Positions 38,578 to 50,364 of a DNA stretch of 64,000 nt are shown in pieces (the first letter of the stretch is position 1; the number at the start of each line of letters is the position of its first letter). Under the pieces are notes generated by a model that did not search any database, was not told the origin of the DNA, and was given only the letters and a program-made list of their open reading frames with translations. The translations under genes were made by a program, and so were the position numbers. Where the stretch lies: contig CDRNST010000143.1 of the NCBI GenBank assembly GCA_977016875.1, positions 1,922,001 through 1,986,000 on the forward strand, given 5' to 3'. This DNA is from Pavona decussata. Lineage: Eukaryota.

Positions 38578-40517
38578 AGCACACCAGGCAGCCTGGCGGT
38601 TCTTTGGTGGTTCTCCACAACAACTTTATTGTACAGCATTCTGTGTACTTAATATATTACACCCAGGCAGTGAAAGTCAAGTTATCTTTATCGTGGAGAA
38701 GAAGTGCTCCATTCTTACCCCAATTACGATGGTTACAACACCTTATTCATATTGCCTGGCTCGTTGAAAACGTGTTCAAGACTTGTATTTAATGCTGTGT
38801 TTTGTTCCCTTTGTTCAACTGATCCAAGATATATGTGTCGTAATAAGTAGAAGAATAACTGATATTCTCTCTAACGATTCCATAGAGAGAAAAGCCGACA
38901 TAAAAGCGAACTGATAATCTGTTCAAAGTATTCTTCATTATTAATTTACTATTAAAGATGGTTTTTTCCAAATGAACCCTAAGCCACGTTATGCATATAA
39001 AAAATATAGTTACCGTGACCGGCTCAAGGCTATAGAATAAAATTAATCGTTTTCCGTTGCTGAAGGTTTCCCTGTTCCTAAACGTCAGTTGAAGACAAAC
39101 GTTTGTCCTCATAGTCAGTTAGAATTTGTTGATTCATCCGGAAAAAACCCTATTGTTTGAATCCATTTGCGCTAATAATTTGGGTCGTCAACTGTTTTTT
39201 CTAATAGATCGTAATTTCATTGCTATGTGCTGGAATTTATGAAATGTCATTATCCATGAACTGAAAAGAAATACTACTTTGCCTCGTTCATTCCTAGTCA
39301 AAAAACAGTTCTGTTGTACATGCACCGTCATTGAGTTCAAAGTCTTCAAAAAGCATTAAGAAATGCAAATAAAGCGTTAACTGCAATATATCGAACTTAC
39401 AAATTAATTAGAAATACAACTGATGTAGATTCAACTAAATTTCGTGCATCAATTACAAAAATCGAGTCTATTTCGGGCTTTGGTTTCTAACAGTTTTTTT
39501 GTTTCGCTAGAGAATACGTACAAAATGGTACCGTCATCGAGAAACAGGAAGACTATTAAAATGGCTAACAACTTGATCTTGGCATCGTGTGTTAGCGATT
39601 AGTGGCCATTACTTTCCAGCTACATGTCATCGACAATCATAAGTTCCGGTTGTGTCTTTACATCTCGAGTTGCAAATAGTTTGGCCAGTCAGATCAGAGT
39701 TGTGTATAAACGTCCAAATAAACTCAGTTGAACGATAAAATACAAAAAGCAGAAAAATGTGACGATACAACTCCTCATTCTAACATGCTAACGATCGCAA
39801 AGCAATGGCAAACTGCAGACTCACCGGTTCAGTTTGACTGCCGTAAATAGAGTCTTCATTAGTTCACTCTGCTAGCTGGGTACATAAATAAAGGGCTTTG
39901 AGTTGTATCTATAGTCAATAATAAACAAGAATGTTCTCTAACAGGAAAAAATTTGGTCAATTTCCTCGGCCGGATTCTCTACTGAAACTAACTGACAAGT
40001 GATAGTGGCTTTTCAGGCAATAACTAATCGCCTGTTAAGTTTCATTCCGTTTTCACATACTTAGCCTCATACGCAACTTCCTTCTGGCTTCCCTCCTACT
40101 GATGACTGGCGATCCTGAATTTTCCATTTTAAATCGTGGACAGCCATTGAAAGAAAGCTGTCTTCATTCTTTTAGCCTACTACATTTGATTCTCGGAATA
40201 AAATAGCAACTTATAAAACAATAACTGTACCCACTCAGTTGTGCGGACTTTTTGTTAGAAATATTTACACGTATGCTTAGGTAATATTTTTTGCTAGAAA
40301 AAGGAATTAAAGATCGTTAAAAAGATTCTGGGGACCGGTTATTAAAACGAGGTCAATCCAGTTTATCTTAGTAGTTCGAATAGTCAAACATTTTACTGTA
40401 AATATTGCCAAGAAGGCAAAACGCAGTGACTAGAGTGTTTTTACTTGACCCGTGAAACAGAGAATAACAACTAGTACCAAATAACTACAAGTAAACAAAA
40501 GAAGACAATGGAATAAG

Positions 40518-40879
40518 CAGGGGCACCCAACGGATCGTTTCGGTAAATTATCTGCTCGGAAGGCCCTTAATCCCCTACAATTTTCTAAAAATAATTTTCG
40601 CCTCGAACTTTCGTGATATGGGAAATTTAAGGCCTGGTGTTTTCGGATTGATAAAAATGTCGTTTCGGTTTCCGAAAAAAGGTCAGCTAAGATTTTCGGA
40701 AAGGGAATAAGACCCAAGTTTAGCAATTTCGAAAAGACTCAAGTTCCCCTAGAATGACCGAACAGATAAAAATATTATAGCGCTGCTTTAAATGAATCTA
40801 CAGAGCTTTAAAGCCACTCCAGATAGCCTAAAATAGCGTCTCAAAGGATCTGAGAGAAAACTGCCATTGGGTGCCCCTG
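40518..40879. mobile_element. hAT-like MITE with a 6-bp TSD
   Basis: Perfect 13-bp TIR CAGGGGCACCCAA...TTGGGTGCCCCTG. AATAAG at 40512-40517 and 40880-40885. Confidence 0.85.
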
Positions 40880-42057
40880 AATAAGGGCTTGATAGCGGGT
40901 AGTATCCTACTACTTATTTCATGGGTTAAGTAAAATCACTCTATACACACATTGATCTACTTTAATAAGGCGAACAACTAATAACCAGATGCATTTATAG
41001 TTCTTAAGCCATGGTCTACCACAGACCTCATTCTAAATGAAAGAGATTGGACTTCGTTTCCAAATAACGATATTGTTATTTTTGAATTCAATGGTTTATT
41101 TGTTTGCTGCCGTTAATTGAAGATTTAAAATGGTTTTTCATTGAATATCATCCTGCTTTGTCATGCTGAACCGGAAACGGAGGACATTACTCGACGGAAA
41201 CTGTACGGATATCATTGCATTGCAAAAAAAGCAGTGACTAATCACTGATTGAGCAACTAATAACCAGATACATTTATAGATCCCATTCTAAATGAAAGAG
41301 ATTGAACTACGCTTTAAAATAACGATATCGTTATGTTGAATTTAATGGTTTGTTTGCATGTTGCCATTAATTAAAATTTTAAAATGCTTTTATATTCCTT
41401 AGAATATCATCCTGCTTTGTCATGCTCAACCGGAAACGGAAGACATTACTTGAAAACTAGCTTAACAAGTTGAAAACTGGTTCAACAGGTTGCAAAAGGT
41501 GATAACGGAGTGTTTCAACAGCACGTGATTTTTTTTGTTACGTCAATATGAAGGTTATGGATGCTGAGAACAATTTTATTCTTGATAAAACAATAACTGA
41601 CTCAGAAAGTCAGAACAAATAGATTGTGGGAACGAAATACTGTATTCAACGTTGTCTCAACGTCCTCTTTTAACAGTCATTTAATTTTGTTAATCTGTTT
41701 TGACCATTGTATAGCTGCTTTTTCCAGCGTTTCGATGCCGCCAAGATGATAAGATGACGTGATAAGTAAAAAAACTGCTGCACGACTGAAATTAGTCGGT
41801 TCAAGAAGTTGCTGCTTGAGTAATGGCGGAAGTATTTAACGTAGTTCGGACAGCCTTTATACTGGAACTGCTTGTCGGGTTGGCCTAAATTTAATCTCTT
41901 CTTGATTTTTAAGGTCTAAACTTTAACTCGAGGCCCAAAAAATCTCGTTAAAAAATTTTCGATTTTCGTCCCAGTTCCTCTTTACAAATAATTGTAGCTT
42001 GTGGGGACCGTGAGTAATAAGTTGTAAGTGTAATCCTTGCCCGAGGCTAGAGTCATT

Positions 42058-42058
<1 letters not shown>

Positions 42059-42100
<42 letters not shown>
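42059..42100 (+). repeat. Poly(A) tract (42 nt)
   Basis: Uninterrupted A run. Confidence 0.95.
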
Positions 42101-42102
<2 letters not shown>

Positions 42103-42190
42103 AGCGATATTGATCCCTGTGGAATTTTAATGGTTTATTTGCGTGATGATATAACTTGCAATTATCAATTGTGTTATTATATTTCTTTAA

Positions 42191-42487
42191 AGAGGAAGTG
42201 TCATGGGGTTTTTACCTATTTTGTTAAAAATGGTGAAACAAGACCTTCACTTCAGCTACAAATAATTCTAGAACAACAAGAGGAAAGAAGTCAACGCAAT
42301 TCTTGTAAAGAACAACTCATAATCTGTACTAGCGCATTTTGGACACAAATTTCAAATCCATTCCGACCTTTTATTGCAATGGGGTGATAATTTGTAACAT
42401 AACTAGACAATTATTTTTCTTGTTCCTGTTGACAAAAGAACATTTTTTGGGTCTTGTAATGGCACCAAATTCGCGTGATACTTTCCT
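42191..42487. mobile_element. Kolobok-like MITE
   Basis: TTAA|AGAGGAAGTGTCATG...CGTGATACTTTCCT|TTAA. Confidence 0.65.
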
Positions 42488-45400
42488 TTAATAGAGAGCA
42501 CAAGTTCTTTCGTGGGTCAACTATTTTTATTACTTTACTTAACTTAATGGCATTTCCATTACATTAGCGACAATTACGACATCAGTAATGGCAAGGCCAT
42601 GCAAAGACCCACAAAGAAAAGACTTTACTACGACTTTATGTCACCAGTATGGAACAAACAAACAAGAACAATAATAACAACGAAACACACTGTTCTTTAA
42701 TGTCTGTTAGTTTGTGTCCATGCCGTTATGTTATCATTTTGCTTTGTCATGCTCAACGGAAACAAAAATGCCAGCTAAGCAAGTTATAAATAAAGAAATT
42801 TCATCCGTTAATTACCCGGTTGTAAAATATGACTAAGTATAAGGTATGAAACTCACAAAGAACCAGTTTATCAAGTTCAGAAAACGTTTCTCCCTTATTT
42901 GTCTTTTATAGTTAAACTCCGTCCGTTCGTAAATCTATTTTCAAAATGTTTTTGTAAGTTTCTTTTCAGCAAAATTTTAACCTGATCATGTTTTTTTTTG
43001 TTCACCATGCACATGCAGTGTCATTAGTTAAAATATAGATCTTGTCTGATGAAATAATATATCACGTGCAAAATTCCTTTCTCTCAGAACAACAAAGTGG
43101 AAAAGATAACTTGAACAGCAAACAATAGAGTTGTCCGATCCAATCCGAAAACTAGGGGGTGGGGGGGGGGGGGTACTGGCCCCCTGATTTTCGTTCCTCT
43201 CGCTCCTTTGCGTTTCCCGGGGTACACCGAGAGCCTGGAACAGGCCAGATCCCTTATGGAGTTAATCTTGAAGGCCCTTCTATAGATGATATCTATACCC
43301 TAAAAGTAGACTTTATTTATGCTTCACGAAAGTTCCTCAATCTCATCACTTTATTACTTTTGGTGGGCTCTATTAGCTTGGACATAAAACTAAATTGTCA
43401 ATTGAGCTTTTAAGAAAATTTTGAGATCAATGTATCTAGAAATGGTAATAAATTCGCCATAAAAAAGAAATGGGGGTGTTTGTAAGCGAAATGAACACCG
43501 TAAAGATGCCACAGTTTATGTTCTAGGAAGGTAAAGATTTAAAGACTTATTTCCAAAAGTTGTCATGATCAGTGAATGAAGAGCGATCGTCATTGTGAAA
43601 AAGGGTCATTTCATCCGATTGTATTAACATCCACTGAATTTTAGGGTCACTGCAACAACAGTTAGTCACTATTGTACTAGTTTACTGACGAATGTTCAAA
43701 TGGCTCGGAAACTATTTGCGCCCTAATAGATAGTGTTTCTGTTATTCGTTAGAGAGCATACTGTTTTAGCTGTAACGTACTTGAATTTATGTCTTTTTCA
43801 TTGTTCACGAACTGAAAAGGACTCCTAGTACAAAGAAGTACTGTTTTGCTTTGTGAAACCTAGCATAACAAATTTCAAAGTTACAGTTAAAGTCAAATTA
43901 AACATCGTTCTAATTCTGTTGCTTTTAAATTGTATGCATAAGTCTTGTCCATGACATTTATTCTGAGAGCCCTCTTAATACTGACGGACACCCGGATAAT
44001 ATGGACACTTTTGTGTGTCCCTTTGGCGCTCATATAATAACCGGGTTCCAACTGTATTCATTTCTACTCCCCACCTATGCAGCTACACAGTTCCTTTGGA
44101 AACTAACCTCCTTATATATTTGATGATAAGACGAGTCATAAGAGCACAAAGTTATTTCCCTGAATGAATGTAAATATATGAAACATATATTTTGAACGGC
44201 GAATGAAAGACCAAATAGAAGGTTGCGAGGATCTTTCTTCTATTTGTTATTTCCCTGAGTTGGTTTGCTCATTCCTTTCAAATATCAGTTATCGTGACTG
44301 ATTAATAAGGCTGTGTACAGCCGCTAGCCGCGCCCATGCTGCGCAGCCTACTTATTAACCAATCAACTATTTTACACAGTCTTCTCTTCAAAATGCTCAT
44401 GAAAAGAGGGCACGACTGGCTTAGAACGTGCTACAAGTAGTGCTTCGGAAACTCGTATGTAGATGTTTCCAACCGACAAAAAATATTATTTAAAATCGAA
44501 TGTCATTGAGAGAAGAGTTGCATCTGACCGAAGCTCGGAAACTTGGCTAGAATCACTCAGGAGCCCATGCAGACGAGAGAAAGTGATCTCGTTGTTGTAG
44601 GCTCTACCGTTTTGTTAAAGCAAAAACCTATCAGGCTATTAACTAATTAAAATAACGACTGCAGCAAACCTTCCAATATGAATGTGACGCCACCTTAAGA
44701 AATCATCTAGTTTTATCGCTGTGTTATCACTCGCGACTGTTAAAATGTCAATCATCCCTTCCAGCTTAATTACCTGTAAGAGAGAGAGAATATATTAAGA
44801 ACACGAAAGATTTTGGGAGAACAGTTTCTGTATGATAGAAATCTTATGATAAACGGTAAAGAAGGTGTGAGATTTCAATATGAGTGTTAAGAGCGCGAAA
44901 ATGTTTATTATCTATATTAATTGCTGAGAATAAATAGGGCGGATCAAAACAAACTTTGTTTTTAGCAAAAAAGTGTCAATATTGGAGTGCAATCAATATA
45001 GATACTTTTTAGGTTTGTGGGTTGCACACCTCGTTACTATGTAATATTTCTGTTGCTCCAGGGCGTTGCTTGAACCGGACAAACACTAACGCCACGCCTC
45101 ACACAGGCTATTTGTGTGACACAACAGAAATTTCCTTTGGAAAACTTTCACCAGTGGTGACAAAACCGTGTAAATGATGTGCAAGTTTCTGTTTTCTCAA
45201 CTGTGTACACTGAGACATTAGACTTGCTTGAGGAAAGTGGGTCACGTTGCGACTAAATTTTTGTATTAGTCGATCCATAGTTTCACACCGAATGTTTTTT
45301 CGCTTGTAATATGCATGTGCATAGCGTCCACTACGTGTCCACTACGTGCAAGGTGACTTGCATGGAACAAACGCCATAACCTGGATTAGCTGAGGTCACC

Positions 45401-45510
45401 GGAATGTGAAGTAATACCGGAGGGAAGTTTTAAAAACAGACTGATTTCTCCGAAATTCAGGTATCCATATTGGACGTGACATATATGTGATAGTTACTAT
45501 CACTGATAGT

Positions 45511-46035
45511 CCGGGGGGGGGGGGGGGGGGGGAGGGGCGTGCTCTCCGTATAGCTCACTAAATGGAGAGCCCCAGCCCCGCACGAAAGAGGACAGGGCCC
45601 TTTTCGTCCTCGTAGTTTGCGAAAGGGTTGCAAAATTTGAATATTTCTTTTTTTAGTATTTTAATGAGTAGCAAAATTAGACCGTGAACCGAAAGGGCAG
45701 CAATCTGAAAGCCAAGTAATTGAATTAAATCTAAGCGTTTGAAAGTGTCACACAGAAAATAAGTAGACTTGTAGGGCTGGAGTTACCTCACAAAGATTCA
45801 GTCCTTAGCGCTGGCAGTAAAAAAGACGAGGCCTTGGTTTATCTTTGAAATATTAGAAAAGAGTATAATTTTTCGTTTTATGCATGTTAAAGTTGGGTAT
45901 CGATTCGGCCAAAAAATGGTTTGTGAAAGAGGTAAGGGGTAGACCTTCCGGGCGGTGCCTCCCCATATGAACATAATTAAGTACCGGCTACCCCTCCCCC
46001 CGCCCGCCCCCTCCGCCCCCCACTCGACTCCCGGG
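45511..46035. mobile_element. CCGGG-ended non-autonomous element just upstream of the paralog 1 promoter
   Basis: ccggggggg... left end and aagtacc...ccccc...cccggg right end. A similar right end lies at ~47530-47775 in intron 3. Confidence 0.55.
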
Positions 46036-46155
46036 CCAATAGTCAGTTAGCTATATTGCACGTGAAAGTTTTCTGGGAAAGGGCAAAAATTCGATAGTAC
46101 ATGAAAAGGCAATTCATAGAAAACGCAACCAAACGTGCTGTGGTGCATGCTGTCA

Positions 46156-46196
46156 TTGGCTATAAAAAGCACGGTATTGTCTTTCGGAGGTCAGTA
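46156..46196 (+). promoter_or_regulatory. Core promoter of secreted-protein paralog 1
   Basis: ATTGG next to TATAAAA (46161-46167). Inr TCAGTA at 46191-46196, with its A 32 nt from the TATA. ATG at 46240. Confidence 0.75.
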
Positions 46197-46239
46197 TTCG
46201 TGGATTTCGTAACGGACAGCAGAGATTTCATTGAGCAAA

Positions 46240-49200
46240 ATGGGAAGTTTTGCAGCGTTAGTTTTCAGTTCCTGCATTGTTGTAAGCTTCTGCTCGGTTC
46301 CTTTGGCGGTCGACGAAAACGACTTTATCAAGAAAAGGGAAAAATGTGGGGAGGTGAGTAAATTCAAGTTGAAACGTGAGAGGGCTCTACCGTACTGCTT
46401 TGAGAGCTGCATGAACTGAATAATTTGCATAAAACTTATCGAGGCACCGAGAGAAAGAAATTACACATAGATATGTTACTAATGGTTAAAAATCAAGACT
46501 AATCAGATACGACAAAGCTAACATTTATCAGAGGTAACGAAGGCTAAGTGAAAAGGGAAGCAGGTACTCTTTGCTCGATTCTGTTGTCAAATATATATCC
46601 CAGTTGTATCCTCTCAAGGCACGCTTTTCACTTTTCGGACAATCTTTCTGTCTCCGGTATTATTATCCTTCACAGTACACCGCCGCCTGAAGGGATATGT
46701 TTGCTAAATAAACACCTACTGGACATTATACCTTCCGAAATAACCGCCACGAGAAACGTGTCTACATCGAAGATCATCGAAGGTTTTACATTCGCCTGTA
46801 CATGTTTGTTTTTCAGTACCTGACCTACGAGGACTGTCTGAAGGAAGCGTACGCGGCGGCCGAAGAATGCAGGAATTTAAATGACTCACAGCTCACGGTG
46901 AACATTTACGAGATCTGCAGTGACTATCAAGACAAGTTAAAAAGGCTCTGTTTAGCTCACTGTGCCAAAGGTTTGTTGTCATTACTTCGTGACATTGCGT
47001 GACAGTTCGTGACGTTTGCGCTTCTCCCGTGCGCTTGGAAAGGAATTGAAACGACTGCTACGTAGGCTACTTCTAATTCCAATCGTAATTTAAAAAAATA
47101 AATTTGTAACGGCGTGTGCTCTCTTGATTAGAATCTGATAATCTTACAGTAAACGCCATGTCCTTACGTGACTTTGATTCATGACCGTGGTACCACGTGA
47201 CACTTTAATAAGGCTAATCTTTTTCTATTTGTCTGTTACCATCTTCAGCATCCTGCGTGGATTGTTTTCACAAAATGGAAAAGATTGAGGAAAGCTGCGA
47301 TATGTTTACCGAAAAGATAAACTGTGGCCTCAATGCTACAGCGAAGGAATGCAAAGAAACGAAGGTGGCCCTCGTCAAGTACTGCAGCCACAGTGAATGT
47401 GCAGGTGATTACAGTGGTTTGTTGTTCTATTCACTGTGAACTACTAATTGATTTTACCAATCACAGCAATGCAAATTACGCAATGAACCAATCAGACCTT
47501 GAAGAAAAACATTTTCGGATTGGGCTGTACATGTGCAACACGGTTCTCCAAACCCTGACACTATTTCAGACCAAAATATCTATTTTGCCGGTACCCTTTT
47601 CAGACCTGGTCTCTACAATCCATACCCGTTTCCGTAAAATTCTTATCCGTTTTCATACTTTCTGATCAAAATAGTTAAAATCTATACCCTAGCCAAAACG
47701 GCTCAAACACCAATACCCTTTAGCACCACAAGTATCTATATGTAACTTATATAGGGGAGTACCACCCCTCCCCGGAAAAACACAATGGGCGTCAAGCGCG
47801 GGAAAAACATAGACGGGCGGGCGCAAAAGCGCGCGAAAACATGTAATCCTTCACCGATCACCATAATCAAACACCTCTTGTAATACAGTAACACCCGCAT
47901 AAAGATTAAGAACCTCCAGGTTGAAATTCGTCATTTTAGAAACCTGTTATATAAGAACCTTACAATAAATAAATGGGACTTATTCAGGCTGATCTTAAAA
48001 TGTAGGTTCTTAAACGTGGGTTTTAACTGTACTACCAAAATGTGCTACATGGTAACCGACTAATTGTAACATGACAAGCGCCATCATTTGATGCGCACGC
48101 AGTACTCAACAATTTCTTTGTTAATGCACATTAATTTTCAAATCCCAGCCGATTTAATTAAAGCCGTGCCATGTGATTTCCACCTAATTGTACATGCAAT
48201 CCTGTATTTTTCAGTGTGCAAAGAACTTTACTGTCGCAACGGTGGGAAATGTGCCGGACCAACTGCCTCTTGGTGCGCATGCCCAGCAGGATATGGCGGC
48301 GCCTTCTGCCAAAAAAGTGAGAATGGCCTTGCCGGCTTTAGAATCACGGTTTTATCGCTTTTAAATAGAACTCTAACTTTTAAGTCTAGGGGTGGAAGTT
48401 TAAAGGTATATATCAAATACATAATATATTATATTCTATCGTGGTGTTGTTTCAGCCGTTTTCGATATTTTGAAAATGAATTTTGATTCTTGTTTTTATT
48501 TTTAAACTTGGTTAACGGTTATACTGCTATGATAAAAGTGCTTTTGATTGACATCAGCAATCATAGCAGATTTTCCTAGATTCATCAAATTGAACTAAAC
48601 AGAGACTGTAACTCTTAGCCAATGATGCGGTAAGTTGCTTTGAAAAAAGATGAACCTCCTCACTTGAATTTGTCAGTAGTGCCAAGAATGGTAACATTTA
48701 AAGAGATTTGGAATCGCCTTCAAGTCAATGCAGACGACAAACGTTATAATCAGAGATTCGCATTTATGTTTTCTTGATGAGCACATAGATGAGAATAGGG
48801 CAAAATAATTCTGACCTTTGATGCTAACTCAAAACCTCTCAATTTTACTGAGAAACTGAAAACAGCGAGCGCAAAATAAATGTACGATAAACACGTTGTC
48901 ATTTCTGCCGTTTTCAGTAAAAGTTATTCTAAATCTCTTTAATCGTAGCCGGCGGCCAGTAAGGTGTAAATTTTCTTCTAATTTTTCTTTTCCAGGCAAA
49001 TGTGCAGGAAACCCGTGCAAAAACGGTGGCTCGTGTATCGGCGAAAACCTCTGTAAATGTCCATCTCTTTATTCTGGTGCTCAGTGCCAGAAAAAGAGAC
49101 TGGGAACCAAAGAGAACCCCGCAGCAAACTCTCAGGCGATTCTCGACGCCGGCGATAGCCTGGGCAGCGGTATGTACTGGATCCAGCCCCCTGGAGAAAC

Positions 49201-49897
49201 AGTCCCGGCCGAGACGTACTGTGACATGAGCTTTGCTGGCGGAGCATGGATGCTAGCAAGTTATGGCTACGTTCACACAACCTCACTCAATGCTAACACC
49301 AAGGATATACCCAACATGAACAATCCGTTTGGCTACGCATGGCTTCCCACCCAACGGAGTTCTTTAAATGGTGTTATTAATCTCCCACACGGCGCAGTTA
49401 ACATGGCCAATAATGCCCGTTTCATGATCATGGCAGCGGGCAACAATCCAGCTAGCGGGGGCATTGATACATATGCATATGTGTACCGTATTTATCTAAA
49501 AAATAACCCCTACAAAATTACCTTTGCAAATCATAACCGCTATAATGGCGGCCAACCGGGTCGTATGCATGTTCAAGAGTTTGTTATTGAGGCCCTAAAG
49601 GGAGAGAGTGGGACATATATAAGACATGCGCTGGCGGAGTCTCTGGGGGTGACATGGGGCGACTCTTACCCTACTGGTTACGGGTTTAACGACAAAACCA
49701 CTCCATTTGCGGCCTTTGACAAGGGACCCTTTTTCCCAAGTGTTCATGCAGGGTCTGGACGTAGTCCCTGCAGTGGCTGCACCCCAACAAATTTTGACCC
49801 CGATGTGCCGGGTGGGTCTCCTCACTATACTCACCGTGGATGGTACACTGCTAACGGCTATGGAAAAACAGGTCAAACCTCCATTTGGTTTAAATAA
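46240..49897 (+). CDS. Secreted protein paralog 1 (475 aa): signal peptide, 2 twin-CX10C modules, 2 EGF, fibrinogen-like YCDxxxxGGxW domain
   Basis: Exons 46240-46353, 46817-46970, 47249-47404, 48215-48316, 48996-49897. All introns GT-AG, phases 0,1,1,1, total 1428 nt open. Signal peptide MGSFAALVFSSCIVVSFCS. EGFs CKELYCRNGGKC...CACPAGYGGAFC and CAGNPCKNGGSC...CKCPSLYSGAQC. Motif GMYWIQP...TYCDMSFAGGAW. Every exon has a counterpart in paralog 2. Confidence 0.9.
47886..48029. mobile_element. Tc1/mariner-type MITE in intron 3 of paralog 1
   Basis: TA|CAGTAACACCCGC...GTGGGTTTTAACTG|TA. Confidence 0.7.
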
Positions 49898-50364
49898 AGA
49901 CACATTTCTGAGCAACTAAATGTTAGCAATAAGTCGCTTCTACTTAAAGCATATATCTTTTTTGTTGAATTGGAAGAAGCTACATTGTAAACGGTTCTAG
50001 GTAAGGAGGTTGCCCAATCCTCCAAGTCAAGGGCTCATGTTTCAAATGTACTGGCGTGATCAGGTCTTTTCAGGTCAAACCTCCATTTCATAGAGGGGAA
50101 TTTTGATTACAGTAATTGGTCACTAAGACTGGTCTGCAAGTAAAGAATGTATTGGTAACTGAAAAAACGTTATAATACAAGCATATACTCATTTCATTGT
50201 TTTACCCTTTTTCTTGACTCCACTGATTAGTTTTCCTTTACGCCCAGATCCGCAAAAACTTACAATTGAAAATAATAAAAAGCAAGGATCTCTTTTTGTA
50301 TGACAGAGAAACGTAATATTTACCTGTTGCACGAGAAATGACGTTTCAATGGCCACTGGTATTT

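Larger units (their letters stand above)
23110..42850 (+). repeat. Mosaic of same-orientation non-coding segmental duplications
   Basis: 23110-24065 ~ 33385-34290; 25080-25200 ~ 34740-34860; 25770-26830 ~ 30950-31550 ~ 35150-36250 ~ 36340-37500; 27160-27600 ~ 31620-32040 ~ 37750-37980 ~ 41519-41575; 32825-33050 ~ 40975-41190 ~ 41255-41450 ~ 42105-42145 plus 42735-42850. Confidence 0.85.

Noticed and set aside
42104-42180. Minus-strand IPQGSI resembling the LINE reverse-transcriptase PQG motif
   Set aside because: Only six residues with broken flanking frames and no YADD motif; too weak without a tBLASTn search.
42037-42387. 116-aa poly-Lys ORF
   Set aside because: Created by the A42 run and a MITE.
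48896-48995. N-terminal extensions of the 333-aa and 311-aa ORFs (also 58785-58815)
   Set aside because: Intronic. They use non-ATG starts upstream of clear acceptors (48994-48995 and 58814-58815) and are not conserved between paralogs.
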